Shown here: positions 25,354 to 35,374 of the stretch, in pieces | Position numbering within the stretch: the stretch's first letter is position 1 | Layout: the number at the start of each line of letters is the position of its first letter | Assembly: GCA_045613445.1 (NCBI GenBank) | Contig: JAZLAZ010000020.1 | Location: forward strand, 10,433-74,432 | Length of the DNA: 64,000 bases | Origin: Candidatus Enterousia sp. | GTDB taxonomy: Bacteria > Pseudomonadota > Alphaproteobacteria > Rs-D84 | Reading direction: 5' to 3' | The notes under the pieces: generated by a model | Database searches by the model: none | Seen by the model: the letters and a program-made list of their open reading frames with translations, nothing else | Told to the model about the DNA's origin: nothing | Program-made: the position numbers and the translations under genes

Positions 25354-28300
25354 ATGTTCAAAAAGATAATTTCTTTGTTGTGCTGTGTTGTGCCGGTGGC
25401 AGCAGTGGCAGATATTGTTGATGTCTCAGAAACAGATGTGACAACAGGTGGTGTTATTTCTACGGATTTACCGTTGTGGAAAGATGCTGTGGCTGCGGGG
25501 GATACTGTGCGTATAAATTACGGTAATCAGATAAGTGATGTTGATATTGCTGCCGATAATACCACAGGGGTTGTTTTTTCAGACAGTTTGATTGTTGGGT
25601 ATAATGGTGAATCTGGTTTTAGTACGTTTGGAAATTTGTATATAATGGATAATGCAAATACGGATTCTGTGTTCAAAATTTCAACTGGGCGTCAGGTTTC
25701 TGTTGGAACTTTGATACAGGTATTAGATTCTTGGAATTTAGAAATAACAGGCAGTGTAAATTCATCTGGTGTGACAGTGGCAGATGTTATCGCAGGTGGT
25801 ATAAGTGTCGAAAATAATGCAGGGTTGCAGTTTTCTGGTTTGAATGCAGTTACAGTAAATGGTGGTGTGACTGTGGCAGATGGTGCGTTGCTGCAAATCA
25901 ATAATGTTGGTGCTGTTGCCATGGGTGGGCTAAATGCAAATGGAACAGTAAATATCACTACTGTTAAACTTGGTCAAAATGGTGGTGCAACCAGTGGTGA
26001 TTTAACCATGGATGGTGCGAAATTTGCAAGTGGTGCAACTGTAAATGTTGCGGGCGATATAACTGTTTCTGGGACATTGCAAAATGATTCTGAAGACGCA
26101 GAAGTTTCAATTGTAACAGGTGGGGGTATTGTTGTTGGTAATTTGGAAAATTCTGGTCGGTTGATGACAATCAGTAATGCTGCACTGACTGTCAATGGAA
26201 CAATGAAAAATGACAATGTTGATGGTAAATTAGTTTTGGAAAATTTACAATCATGGCAGGTTTTGGGAACTGGTGAAAATGGGTATTCTTTTATCAATTC
26301 GGGGGATTTTATAGGTGCTGTATCTGGGTTGACTAAATTGGCGCATGGTTGGAATATTACAGGTATGGATGCGTCAAATATTTTTTCGTTGACCACAGGT
26401 CAAATTGATTTAGGTGGTAATAATGCGATATTAAATGTTTTGAATGATTTTGAATTGAATGTAACAAATGGTAATTTTGTCGCTACGACGATTTCAAATG
26501 AAACAAATAATGCGCACTTGGGTATTTCTGTGTCTGGGGCTTTGACAGCAGGATATGTTTTGGATAATGCAGTTGTATCTGGAACCGAAAATTCAATGCA
26601 GTTGGATGCGTCGCAGATTGTTTTGAATGGACAAAAAATTGATGATGTAAATACCGCAATCAATGTGTTGTCTGGGGCATCAACTATGCTTTCGGCGTCA
26701 GATTCACTGACTGTGAATGCGTTGGTTTCAAATCAAGGAAAATTGACTTTGAACAGTGCAAGTGTGGTATTGGGGACTGTTTCAAACAGTGGTAGTTCTG
26801 CAAATTTGAAGATTGGTTCCTTGTTAAATGATTCTGGCAGTGTTGTAATAGCAGGTAATATTACAAATGATGACGGAAATGTGCTGGTGAATTCCAAGAG
26901 TATACAAATTGCGGGTGATGTTATAAATAAAAGTGGAATTTTTGAAGTCTTGGGTTCTGATGCAAATGGGTCGGCAATGTCGATTGGTGGTATAAATCTG
27001 TCTGGTGGTGTTGTCAATATAAATGCCAGTGCAGGAAGTTTAGCAATACAAAATGATATTGAGGTTGATGGTGGTACATTGAATTTTGCTAATTCTGTTA
27101 AAAATGTGACTGTTGGTGGTGATTTAACTGTTGATGGAGATGTCGTTTTGGGTGGGACAGATAATATTGCAAATAATATGAATTTAGCATCCAGTTCTGT
27201 TGTGTTAAATGCCACGGGTGATATAACCATGAATAATCTAGACGCATCAAAGTCTGGATATTCAGCACAGTTTATATCTAATGATATTCAAATTAAAGAA
27301 GATGTAAATGTGGCCAGTGGCAGTGTGATTATATTTGGTAATACTAATGTAAATGCGACATCAGGATTGGAAATCGATGGCTTGATGACGGTTGAAGCGT
27401 CTGGGGGTGTTAAAATTTATTCCAAGACAACGGGTGTAAATGCATTGAATAACAGTGGGTTGATAACTGCATATGGAAATGCAATTGTTGCAACCGGTGG
27501 TAATCTGGATATTACAGGTTCTGTCAGATTTGATGCAAATGCAACTATGGGTGCAGGATTATCATTGATGAATAATTCGTTGTTTACATTACAGACCACG
27601 GGGCAGGGGGCAAATATAGCATTGGGATCTGTTGATGTCGCTGGTGGTAAAAGTTTATATTTGGATTCTGAAAAGGGTGGTGTAAATATTGTTAGTGGTG
27701 CAACTAATTCTGGGACATTGCAAATTGATGCATCTGGTTTAATTGATGTTGATGGAAATATAACAAATTTGGGAACGCTAAATTTAACAGCCGGTGCTGT
27801 TCAAGTTGCAAATATTGAAAATGGTACGAATGGTACCGTGAAATTGGTATCAACAGGTGATGTTGACATCGTGGGGATTTCAAACAGTGGTACATTTAAT
27901 GTCGCATATGATAATTTTGGATCTGCGGTTGATATGTTGAATGTTACAAATACAATTCAAAATTCAGAAGGTGTGATGAATTTGTATGCAGAACAAATTA
28001 GTGCATCTGATGTGTCCGTGCTGGGGGGTAAATTAAATCTGTACGATGTTACAAATATTGCTGTTGGTAATAGTATATATGTCGATGGTGATATTTATCA
28101 TGGTGACACAGGTGGTAATTTGAATTTAGTTGATGTTGCAAAAGTTGATGCAAAAACATTGACAGTAAACGGCAATTTGATTGCAGATAGTACTGATGTT
28201 GCGTATGAAATAACTGATTATGTTAGTGTAATTGGCGATATAAGTGTTTTGTCGGATGCGGTTGTGAATTTTGATGTTACAAATGGTTTTGCGGTCAATG

Positions 28301-30513
28301 ATTTGTTTAATAGTGGCGATGTTACAATTGTTGCAGAAGGTGGTATTGAAGCAACTGGTGCAATTGAAAATAATGCAGGTATATTAGATTTAGATTCTAA
28401 ATCATCAGATATTACAGCAGGGGCAGTGACCGTAAATGGTGGCGGTGTGGTTTTATCTGGTAATGGTATAACAACATCAGGTATGTTCAAGGCTAATGGT
28501 ATATTGGGGCAGGGGACAAGTTCTGCGTCTGTTGTTATCAATGAAAATGATTATGTAATGAATTTGGGGAATTTGTATGTAGATGGTATTTCGCAAAATG
28601 GAAAACTGATAATCAATTCCAGTGATATTGATGTTATGGGAAATATTGATGCATCTGATTTGTATTTCGTGGCCAGTGATGCAAATAATTTTATGAATGT
28701 TTATATCGATGGAGATGTTTCTGGAAATGTTGATTTCGTTGGTTTAGAAACAATGCATATAACAGGTAATTATTTGTTTAACAATAACAGCTTGATTGAT
28801 GTTGCTGTTTTACCTTATGCGTCTGGTGCAGGTTCTGTTGATATCAATTATTGGGCAACTATCAGTTTGCAAGATGATGACAGTTTTGGTCGTATTATAA
28901 ATCCAGAAGGTGCAAATGTATCAGCATTGATTACTGTTGACGGAAATTTTACTTCTGATTTAGATGTGACGGGTTTGGGCGATTTGAATGCACCAGTGTT
29001 ACAGGATTCTCAGATTGGTTTGCAGCTGTTTGATATGGTTGATACTGGTGATGCAATTTGGTTGCTGTATGCAGAACAAGGTGTATATGATTTAGATATA
29101 AAAATTCGTAACTTGAATGTAAAATTCTGTAATGAAGATGCATCGATTTGTGTGCCATATTATAATGATTTAGATAAATCGAATCCTGATTTGCCGGCGT
29201 ATGTATCTGTGCGTGATACAAACAGCGATGGTTTGGCAGATAGTTTGTATGTTGTATTTGATAATCGATTCGGTGGACCTGTGGAAGTCTTTGGAATTCA
29301 GCCTATTGTTGAACGCGAAACCAATCATACAGATGGTCAATATTTTGCAGCGGGGGCATTGGATCAGATGATTGCAGGGCAATTGGAAAATAATAAGTTC
29401 TTTAACAGAACACCAATAGAAGTTATTCCTGTGTTATTCCAAGATACAAATTTATCAACTGTTGCAAATGAATTATATTTGCGTATGGAAGATTATGTTA
29501 CAAATCGTGACGGTACTGCATTGACCAAATTTAGCGGTCTGTTTGAAAATTATGAACTGGAACAAGTGGCAGGAATTATGTCATTAAATGAACATACGTC
29601 ATTCCGTTCGTTCGAAGATAGAATGTTTGATGAATTTATTTGGAATCGTAATCGCAACTTGAAAAAGTCATGGCTGGATGTTGATTATGGTATGTTCTTT
29701 CAAGAAAATATTGATGGGCATCATGCAGACGGTGATAGATTTAGTATTGCAGGTGGATTTGATTGGCAAGAATCAGATACTTTGATTCTGGGATTGTTGG
29801 CTCGTGTGTCGCATTCTTCATCTGCATTGAATCAAGATATTGACCTAAGTTATGGAAATGTATCTCAGTTCGGGTTTATTGATACAAATGTGTCTGATAC
29901 TAATATTGGGTTGGGCGGGTACTTGATGAAGACATTGGGTGAAAAATATCGTATTTATGGAAATATGTTTATGGATGCGCATATATTTGATGTTCAACGC
30001 GAACAAACATTTGTTGATACGATTGAAGGTCATGGTAATGCGTTTAGCGTTATGTCAGAAGTCGGGTTGATGCATGATATCTTGAATCAATATATTGTTG
30101 GCAATGTTTATGCGCGTGTTGGATATAACTTTGGATTAGATATCAAGGAACAAGCCGCTGGTTCTGATTATATGCGTATGAAATCAGATGGATATTTGCT
30201 TTTAACCCCAGGTTATTCATTGATGGCACAAAAAAGAATATATCCGTCTGTGTGGTTCCAGATTCGTCCATATGCATCTGTTGGTATTGAATATGATGTT
30301 TTGGGTATGTCAGATTCTGCAGAATATAAATTTGTGACTGCGAACAAGTATTCACAATATGGTATTGAAATCGATCCGTTATGGGCGAATATTGGTGGTG
30401 GGGTTGAAATGTTGTCTGCGCGCGGTATTCAATTTGGTTTGGATTATCGTTATCAGTATAATACAAATATGCAATTACATAATATCAAGGTTTCTGGTTC
30501 ATACAGATTTTAG
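25354..30513 (+). CDS. Giant autotransporter (1719 aa) with a beta-helical Gly/Asn/Val-rich passenger
   Basis: Signal peptide MFKKIISLLCCVVPVAAVA (ATG 25354). More than 1300 aa of degenerate G-x-[VIL]-x-[VIL]-N repeats. The C-terminal beta-barrel ends in 'HNIKVSGSYRF'. Confidence 0.8.
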   Translation: MFKKIISLLCCVVPVAAVADIVDVSETDVTTGGVISTDLPLWKDAVAAGDTVRINYGNQISDVDIAADNTTGVVFSDSLIVGYNGESGFSTFGNLYIMDNANTDSVFKISTGRQVSVGTLIQVLDSWNLEITGSVNSSGVTVADVIAGGISVENNAGLQFSGLNAVTVNGGVTVADGALLQINNVGAVAMGGLNANGTVNITTVKLGQNGGATSGDLTMDGAKFASGATVNVAGDITVSGTLQNDSEDAEVSIVTGGGIVVGNLENSGRLMTISNAALTVNGTMKNDNVDGKLVLENLQSWQVLGTGENGYSFINSGDFIGAVSGLTKLAHGWNITGMDASNIFSLTTGQIDLGGNNAILNVLNDFELNVTNGNFVATTISNETNNAHLGISVSGALTAGYVLDNAVVSGTENSMQLDASQIVLNGQKIDDVNTAINVLSGASTMLSASDSLTVNALVSNQGKLTLNSASVVLGTVSNSGSSANLKIGSLLNDSGSVVIAGNITNDDGNVLVNSKSIQIAGDVINKSGIFEVLGSDANGSAMSIGGINLSGGVVNINASAGSLAIQNDIEVDGGTLNFANSVKNVTVGGDLTVDGDVVLGGTDNIANNMNLASSSVVLNATGDITMNNLDASKSGYSAQFISNDIQIKEDVNVASGSVIIFGNTNVNATSGLEIDGLMTVEASGGVKIYSKTTGVNALNNSGLITAYGNAIVATGGNLDITGSVRFDANATMGAGLSLMNNSLFTLQTTGQGANIALGSVDVAGGKSLYLDSEKGGVNIVSGATNSGTLQIDASGLIDVDGNITNLGTLNLTAGAVQVANIENGTNGTVKLVSTGDVDIVGISNSGTFNVAYDNFGSAVDMLNVTNTIQNSEGVMNLYAEQISASDVSVLGGKLNLYDVTNIAVGNSIYVDGDIYHGDTGGNLNLVDVAKVDAKTLTVNGNLIADSTDVAYEITDYVSVIGDISVLSDAVVNFDVTNGFAVNDLFNSGDVTIVAEGGIEATGAIENNAGILDLDSKSSDITAGAVTVNGGGVVLSGNGITTSGMFKANGILGQGTSSASVVINENDYVMNLGNLYVDGISQNGKLIINSSDIDVMGNIDASDLYFVASDANNFMNVYIDGDVSGNVDFVGLETMHITGNYLFNNNSLIDVAVLPYASGAGSVDINYWATISLQDDDSFGRIINPEGANVSALITVDGNFTSDLDVTGLGDLNAPVLQDSQIGLQLFDMVDTGDAIWLLYAEQGVYDLDIKIRNLNVKFCNEDASICVPYYNDLDKSNPDLPAYVSVRDTNSDGLADSLYVVFDNRFGGPVEVFGIQPIVERETNHTDGQYFAAGALDQMIAGQLENNKFFNRTPIEVIPVLFQDTNLSTVANELYLRMEDYVTNRDGTALTKFSGLFENYELEQVAGIMSLNEHTSFRSFEDRMFDEFIWNRNRNLKKSWLDVDYGMFFQENIDGHHADGDRFSIAGGFDWQESDTLILGLLARVSHSSSALNQDIDLSYGNVSQFGFIDTNVSDTNIGLGGYLMKTLGEKYRIYGNMFMDAHIFDVQREQTFVDTIEGHGNAFSVMSEVGLMHDILNQYIVGNVYARVGYNFGLDIKEQAAGSDYMRMKSDGYLLLTPGYSLMAQKRIYPSVWFQIRPYASVGIEYDVLGMSDSAEYKFVTANKYSQYGIEIDPLWANIGGGVEMLSARGIQFGLDYRYQYNTNMQLHNIKVSGSYRF

Positions 30514-30541
30514 AAAAGTGTCCCAATTGGGACATTTTTTC
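30514..30541 (+). terminator. Terminator after the giant autotransporter
   Basis: TGTCCC-AATT-GGGACA followed by TTTTTT. Confidence 0.8.
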
Positions 30542-30544
30542 TTG

Positions 30545-30573
30545 TTGATTTTTAATATGTGAAAATTTATTAT
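30545..30573 (+). promoter_or_regulatory. Sigma70-like promoter TTGATT-N17-TATTAT (same hexamers as the rpsB promoter)
   Basis: TTGATT at 30545-30550, a 17-nt spacer, TATTAT at 30568-30573. Confidence 0.5.
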
Positions 30574-30579
30574 ATTTTT

Positions 30580-30696
30580 GAGTCCAAAGGGATTTGGGTT
30601 CGGGACCGTAAGAAAGTCCGTAAATCAGTTGGTGTGTATTTATGATATATACCAAATCCGCAGGGTATGATGTGCGGCACAAGATGTGCCTTTTTA
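30580..30696 (+). ncRNA. Candidate ~117-nt sRNA or terminator-containing 5' leader of the Pmp-like gene; class unknown
   Basis: Bounded by the promoter above and the intrinsic terminator at 30676-30698. Internal hairpins are CCAAA-GGGA-TTTGG, GGAC-CGTAAGAAA-GTCC and GGTGTGTAT-TTATG-ATATATACC. No ORF. Confidence 0.4.
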
Positions 30697-30698
30697 TT
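30676..30698 (+). terminator. Intrinsic terminator or attenuator inside the 420-nt intergenic region
   Basis: GGCACA-AGA-TGTGCC followed by TTTTTATT. Confidence 0.65.
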
Positions 30699-30707
30699 AT
30701 ACCACAT

Positions 30708-30802
30708 CCCCGCTTGGTCGGGGGGCCACCAGTTATACAACAGGCGTTGTCCAAAGACTGGCGGGGTCATTCTGATTTATGATTTTCTTAACCCACCCGA
30801 CC
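30708..30802. other. GC-enriched nested-helix element with mutually exclusive pairings (strand unresolved)
   Basis: P1 is GGTCGGG (30716-22) with CCCGACC (30796-802). P2 is CCACCAGT (30726-33) with ACTGGCGG (30757-64). P3 is ACAAC-AGGC-GTTGT (30737-50). The alternative hairpin CCCCG-CTTGGT-CGGGG (30708-23) competes with P1. Confidence 0.35.
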
Positions 30803-30933
30803 GTCAAATTTCTTTGGCGGTATATTTTTATATAAAAAAATAACATTATAGGAATATTTTGTTATTGATAATGTGAAAATATGTGCTAGGAATAATATAG
30901 CTCTATTCAAGGGTTGTTATAAAAGGAGAAAAT

Positions 30934-33900
30934 ATGTCCAATACAAAACATTTGGCAGACCTGATGAAAGTCTGCAGTATCTTGCCAGTTTTTGCAGTTA
31001 TGCCGGCAATGGCTGACTTGCCAAAAGTATCTGGTAATGCATGGGTTTTTGGTGATTTGCAATTAGATAGCAAAGCAGATAAATCTGTAATTGGTGGTCG
31101 TGTGCATGTTGTAAACGGTGAACGTGGCAATGATTTGCCAAACTATAATGTGGTTGGTCGTTCTATTAAATTGACTGGTGACAAAGATGCTAAAATGAAT
31201 GTTTATGTGGGACCTGTAAATATGGTTTTACGTGAATTGGCAACCGATGAAAAATTCGTATATAATTGGCAAAAACCAAGTAAAACTGGTGAAACTAATT
31301 GGCAAGGTGAAGATTTAGCCAGTGGTGAAATTTCATATGAAGATGTTGATATTGCCGCACAAAATGGTATTGTGTGGGGCGATTCTGTAATGGATGTTTT
31401 GGAAAAAACTGGATGGCCAGTGGCAGATAATTATCCAAATATGGCAGCGGGTATTAGTTTGTTTGCGAATCGTGATGCAAATGTGGTTGCAGGTAGTTTG
31501 GAAGTAGAGAATACGAATCTGACATTGGATGGTTCAAAGCTGGTTGCTCAAAATGCTAAAGTCTCGAATTCTGATATACATGTTGTGAATTCTGTTGTTC
31601 CAAATGAGTTTTTAGGTGGTGGCCGTAATGCATCAGATGGTAAAACTGTAATAGAAACAAAAGATCTTGTTTTCCAAGATAATACTCGTATCGTGGTTGA
31701 TGCAGGTGCAGAATTAAATTTATCTGATGCGGGAAATGTTATCATAAGAAATAATACTTATGCAGATGATCATGGAAATGGTGGGGCGATTTACAATCAG
31801 GGTACGATGACATTTCGCGCAACGGATTTTACTGGAAACTCTTCCTTGGTTGATGGTGGTGCGATTTATAATAATGGTGGTACACTGAATATCAATGGTG
31901 GTAACTTTGAAAACAATCGCGCAAGTCAAAATGGTTGGGATGACGAGGGCTATGCAGGTGCAATCTTTGATAAAGGCGAATTAAAAATCGTTGGAACAGA
32001 AACAGATAAAGTTTCGTTCGAACAAAATGTCGGGTATTCTGGTGGTGCAATATATGGTTCAAAAAACACATCCAAGGGTATGACAATTACAAATGCAGAA
32101 TTTGAAGACAACCATGCAGTGGCTGATGCTGGTGCGTTGGGTATCTTTAACGACGCAAAGTCTGTTTTAACAAATGTTGATTTCGAAGATAATACTGTTG
32201 CTGTCAAATATGGCAAAGATGTTATTAAATTAGAAGATATTACAGAAGCAGACGGTGGTGGTGCAATTCAATTGGGGCAATTGGCCAGTGCAACATTGAA
32301 TAATGTTCATTTTGAACATAATATCTCTGGTGTTCGTGGTGGCGCAATATCTGCGCGTCATTTTGGTGACGAAGTATTAGAAATCAATAATTCTGATTTT
32401 GAACATAATATTTCATATACTCAGGGTGGGGCAATTGCAAATGGATTTGCTGGTAAGGTTGTATCTAACTCGGTTGATTATATGTCGAATATTGCATATG
32501 AATCCGGTGGCGCGATATACAATGGTTCTGTGCCTAATTTCGGTGGCGCAGCAGTTGCAAAACCATCAACTGGTGACGGTATACTTGAATTTGCTGGTGT
32601 GAATCGATTTGAAAACAATCATGCCGGTCAAAACGGTGGCGCAATATTTAACGGTGAAAAAGGTACTGTTATATTTAATGGTACAAATACATTTGTAAAT
32701 AACACTGTTGGTGAAAAATATGGTGCAAATGATATTCATAACTTGGGCAGTGTAACTGTTGCATCTGGTACAACAAAATTGTCTGGTGGTGTAACTGGTA
32801 ACGGTACATTCACAATTGATAATGGTGCAGAATTGTATATCGGTTCTTCGACCATATCCCAAGGCAGTATCGTTATCAATGGTGATGTGTATGCTGATGT
32901 TCTGACAGACGGTTCATCAAAATATATTGACCGCGCAGACAAAGAAGAAAATGTACGCGAAAACAATACAGGTACATATGCAAAACTGTACGGTAATGTT
33001 TCTGGTAATGGTTCAATCAATCTGAATATCGGAACAGTTGGAACATACAAAATGTTCAATAAAGCAATTGATGACGAATTGGCTGATAATATCACTGCAG
33101 GTAAAGCGTATGATATTGATGTTATCAATGGTACAGATGTAAAAGTTACATTGAAATCTGTTGAAACATTGGCAGAAGATTCTGGTTTGTCACAAAAGGC
33201 CGCTGGTGCAATCAGCAGCTTGGCATCATCTTCTAATAGAAATATCCAGATGGTATCATTGGCCGCACAAAAGTTGCTGAATTCTGGTGATGTAGATGCT
33301 GTTGCAAAAATTGAACAAGAAACAGCAAAATTGAACCCAGAAGATAAACCGGTGACACAGTCTGTTGCGACTTCATTGAATAACCAAGTCTTGTCGCTGA
33401 CAGCTGGTCGTATGTCTGGTGGTGCGCCTGTGATTGGTCGTTCTGGTGGTGATGAATCTGTTGCAACAAATGGATTCTGGGCCCAGGGACTGTATAATAA
33501 ATCAAAATCTGGCAGCGCGTTTGACGGCACAACTCGTGGATTCGCGTTGGGGGCAGATACATTGATTGATAATAAGTATACTTTGGGTGCTGGGTTTGCA
33601 TACAATAATACAGATATGTCTTCTGGCACACGTGATACAGAAATAGACAGTAAAACACTGTTTGTTTATGGTCAGTATAAACCAAGCAACTGGTTCGCAA
33701 ACGCAACATTGGCATACACAATGTCTGAATATACAGAAGATACTGATCCGTTCGGTATCGCTGTCGAAAGCACATATGATGTCGATGTCTATGGCGCACA
33801 GTTGATGGCAGGTTATGATTTCGCAACTGGTATTACGCCAGAAATGGGATTGCGTTATCTGCATATCGCACAAGATGAATATAGTAATGGTGTAAATACA

Positions 33901-34236
33901 ATTGCTGCATCAGATACTGATTTCTTGACAGCGGTTGCTGGATTGAAATATGCGTTCTATGTTGAAACAGAAAATATGTTAAAGTTCCGCCCAGAATTGC
34001 GTGCTGCATTGACATATGATGTTATCAATGATGGTTCACATACAACTGTTATGTTGCCAAGTGTTGGTGCGTCATATAATGTTGATGGCCAAGCATTGAA
34101 CAAATTGGGTGGTGAATTTGGCATTGGTTTGACAGCTGAATACAAAGGCTTGGAATTCAGTCTGATGTACGATTTGGATGTACATGAAGATTATACTTCA
34201 CAAACAGGTATGATTAAATTCCGCAGTCAGTTCTAA
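30934..34236 (+). CDS. Polymorphic-membrane-protein (Pmp)-like autotransporter with GGAI / FxxN repeats
   Basis: At least 8 GGAI(Y/F/Q/S/A) motifs are paired with F(E/T)xN: 'GGAIYNQGTMTFRATDFTGN', 'GGAIYNNGGTLNINGGNFENN', 'VHFEHNISGVRGGAISA', 'SDFEHNISYTQGGAIANG', 'RFENNHAGQNGGAIFNG'. The C-terminal beta-domain ends in 'MIKFRSQF'. Confidence 0.8.
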   Translation: MSNTKHLADLMKVCSILPVFAVMPAMADLPKVSGNAWVFGDLQLDSKADKSVIGGRVHVVNGERGNDLPNYNVVGRSIKLTGDKDAKMNVYVGPVNMVLRELATDEKFVYNWQKPSKTGETNWQGEDLASGEISYEDVDIAAQNGIVWGDSVMDVLEKTGWPVADNYPNMAAGISLFANRDANVVAGSLEVENTNLTLDGSKLVAQNAKVSNSDIHVVNSVVPNEFLGGGRNASDGKTVIETKDLVFQDNTRIVVDAGAELNLSDAGNVIIRNNTYADDHGNGGAIYNQGTMTFRATDFTGNSSLVDGGAIYNNGGTLNINGGNFENNRASQNGWDDEGYAGAIFDKGELKIVGTETDKVSFEQNVGYSGGAIYGSKNTSKGMTITNAEFEDNHAVADAGALGIFNDAKSVLTNVDFEDNTVAVKYGKDVIKLEDITEADGGGAIQLGQLASATLNNVHFEHNISGVRGGAISARHFGDEVLEINNSDFEHNISYTQGGAIANGFAGKVVSNSVDYMSNIAYESGGAIYNGSVPNFGGAAVAKPSTGDGILEFAGVNRFENNHAGQNGGAIFNGEKGTVIFNGTNTFVNNTVGEKYGANDIHNLGSVTVASGTTKLSGGVTGNGTFTIDNGAELYIGSSTISQGSIVINGDVYADVLTDGSSKYIDRADKEENVRENNTGTYAKLYGNVSGNGSINLNIGTVGTYKMFNKAIDDELADNITAGKAYDIDVINGTDVKVTLKSVETLAEDSGLSQKAAGAISSLASSSNRNIQMVSLAAQKLLNSGDVDAVAKIEQETAKLNPEDKPVTQSVATSLNNQVLSLTAGRMSGGAPVIGRSGGDESVATNGFWAQGLYNKSKSGSAFDGTTRGFALGADTLIDNKYTLGAGFAYNNTDMSSGTRDTEIDSKTLFVYGQYKPSNWFANATLAYTMSEYTEDTDPFGIAVESTYDVDVYGAQLMAGYDFATGITPEMGLRYLHIAQDEYSNGVNTIAASDTDFLTAVAGLKYAFYVETENMLKFRPELRAALTYDVINDGSHTTVMLPSVGASYNVDGQALNKLGGEFGIGLTAEYKGLEFSLMYDLDVHEDYTSQTGMIKFRSQF

Positions 34237-34241
34237 GACAG

Positions 34242-34269
34242 AAAAATCCCCCAATCGGGGGATTTTTTA
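34242..34269. terminator. Bidirectional terminator (AAAAATCCCCC-AATC-GGGGGATTTTTT)
   Basis: Between the convergent Pmp-like gene and ccrM. Confidence 0.85.
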
Positions 34270-34273
34270 TTCG

Positions 34274-35374
34274 TTATGCAGCTTGTTTCATATGTGTTTT
34301 TATGTTGCGTATATATTTGCGCAGTTCATCAATTGGAACCAATGTACCGTCTTGTTTCTGTGCAGACCAATAATCCCAGCCATTAAAGCTGACACTGCGT
34401 TGCATTTTTGCAGCCATAACATGAATTGATGCTTTGCCATATAATTGATGTGTCAATTGACCGTCTTGTGTTATCATAACGCGTTCGCCACGCGGACTGA
34501 CCAGTGTCTGGCCCATATACAGTAAACCTGCATCGATCAATTCTTTGAATGCAACACGGATCTCTTCGCGTTTTGGTTTTGTAACTTCTATATCGGTTAA
34601 ATCGATTGGTTTTATGTTCGCAATGCGTTCACGAGCCGCAGAAACATATGTATTATCTTGTTCAATACCGATAAATTGACGGCCCAGTTCAATGGCAGCA
34701 GCGGCAGTTGTGCCAGAACCCATAAATGGATCAAGTATTATGTCGCCGGGTTTTGTCGATGCCAGTATTACACGGTGTAATAAATCTAGTGGTTTTTGTG
34801 TGTTATGTAAACTTTTGCCGTTGATATCTTTGACGCGTTCTTCGCCCAAGCATATGTTTAAGTCCCAATCAGAACGCATTTGTTTACCACCATTTAATTT
34901 TTTCATTGTTTCATAATTAAATGTATATTTGCCGGTCTTGGTCGGTGTCGCCCATATCAGTGTTTCGTGTGCGTTGGTAAATCGTGTGCCACGAAAGTTT
35001 GGCATTGGATTAGTTTTGACCCAAACAATGTCGTTCAAAATCCAAAAACCCATATCTTGTAATATTGCGCCAACGCGGAATATGTTATGGTAACTGCCGA
35101 TTGTCCACATCGCACCATTTGGTTTTAATATGCGTTTGCATTCGGATAACCATTGACGTGTAAATTCATCATACTGTTCTGATGATTCAAAAGAATCCCA
35201 AGAGTCACGCACAGCACGCGCGGCTGTTTGATCTTCGGGACGATATAATGTTTTTGATCCCAGTTGCAGGTTGTACGGTGGATCGGCAAACACTGCATCA
35301 ACAGATGCGTCTGGGATGCCACGCATTACTTCGATACAGTCACCTAATAAAATTTGATTCAGGTATTTTTCCAT
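34274..35374 (-). CDS. ccrM: CcrM-like N6-adenine DNA methyltransferase (beta class), orphan
   Basis: 'DAVFADPPYN' (motif IV) precedes 'DPFMGSGTTAAAAIELGRQFIGIE' (motif I), with a ~70-aa C-terminal extension as in CcrM. ATG 35374 has GGAGAG upstream. No adjacent endonuclease. Confidence 0.85.
   Translation of the reverse strand: MEKYLNQILLGDCIEVMRGIPDASVDAVFADPPYNLQLGSKTLYRPEDQTAARAVRDSWDSFESSEQYDEFTRQWLSECKRILKPNGAMWTIGSYHNIFRVGAILQDMGFWILNDIVWVKTNPMPNFRGTRFTNAHETLIWATPTKTGKYTFNYETMKKLNGGKQMRSDWDLNICLGEERVKDINGKSLHNTQKPLDLLHRVILASTKPGDIILDPFMGSGTTAAAAIELGRQFIGIEQDNTYVSAARERIANIKPIDLTDIEVTKPKREEIRVAFKELIDAGLLYMGQTLVSPRGERVMITQDGQLTHQLYGKASIHVMAAKMQRSVSFNGWDYWSAQKQDGTLVPIDELRKYIRNIKTHMKQAA

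Noticed and set aside
30560-30840. Known housekeeping RNAs (RNase P RNA, tmRNA including the two-piece alphaproteobacterial form, SRP/4.5S RNA) and a purine riboswitch as the identity of the structured intergenic region
   Set aside because: AGAAAGTCCG resembles the RNase P GGAAAGUCCGG box, but the other universal RNase P blocks are absent. There is no tag ORF or G:U-containing acceptor/T-arm with a correctly spaced CCA for tmRNA. The GGAA-tetraloop SRP domain IV motif is absent. ACCGUAA...GUCCG loosely recalls the purine P3/L3, but P1, J1/2 and L2 do not fit.
32736-33826. Long antisense ORFs (297 aa at 32736-33629 and 197 aa at 33233-33826, minus strand) inside the Pmp-like autotransporter gene
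   Set aside because: The plus-strand frame carries the GGAI/FxxN repeats and the beta-domain. The antisense translations are low-complexity mirror products of Gly/Asn/Thr-rich codons.
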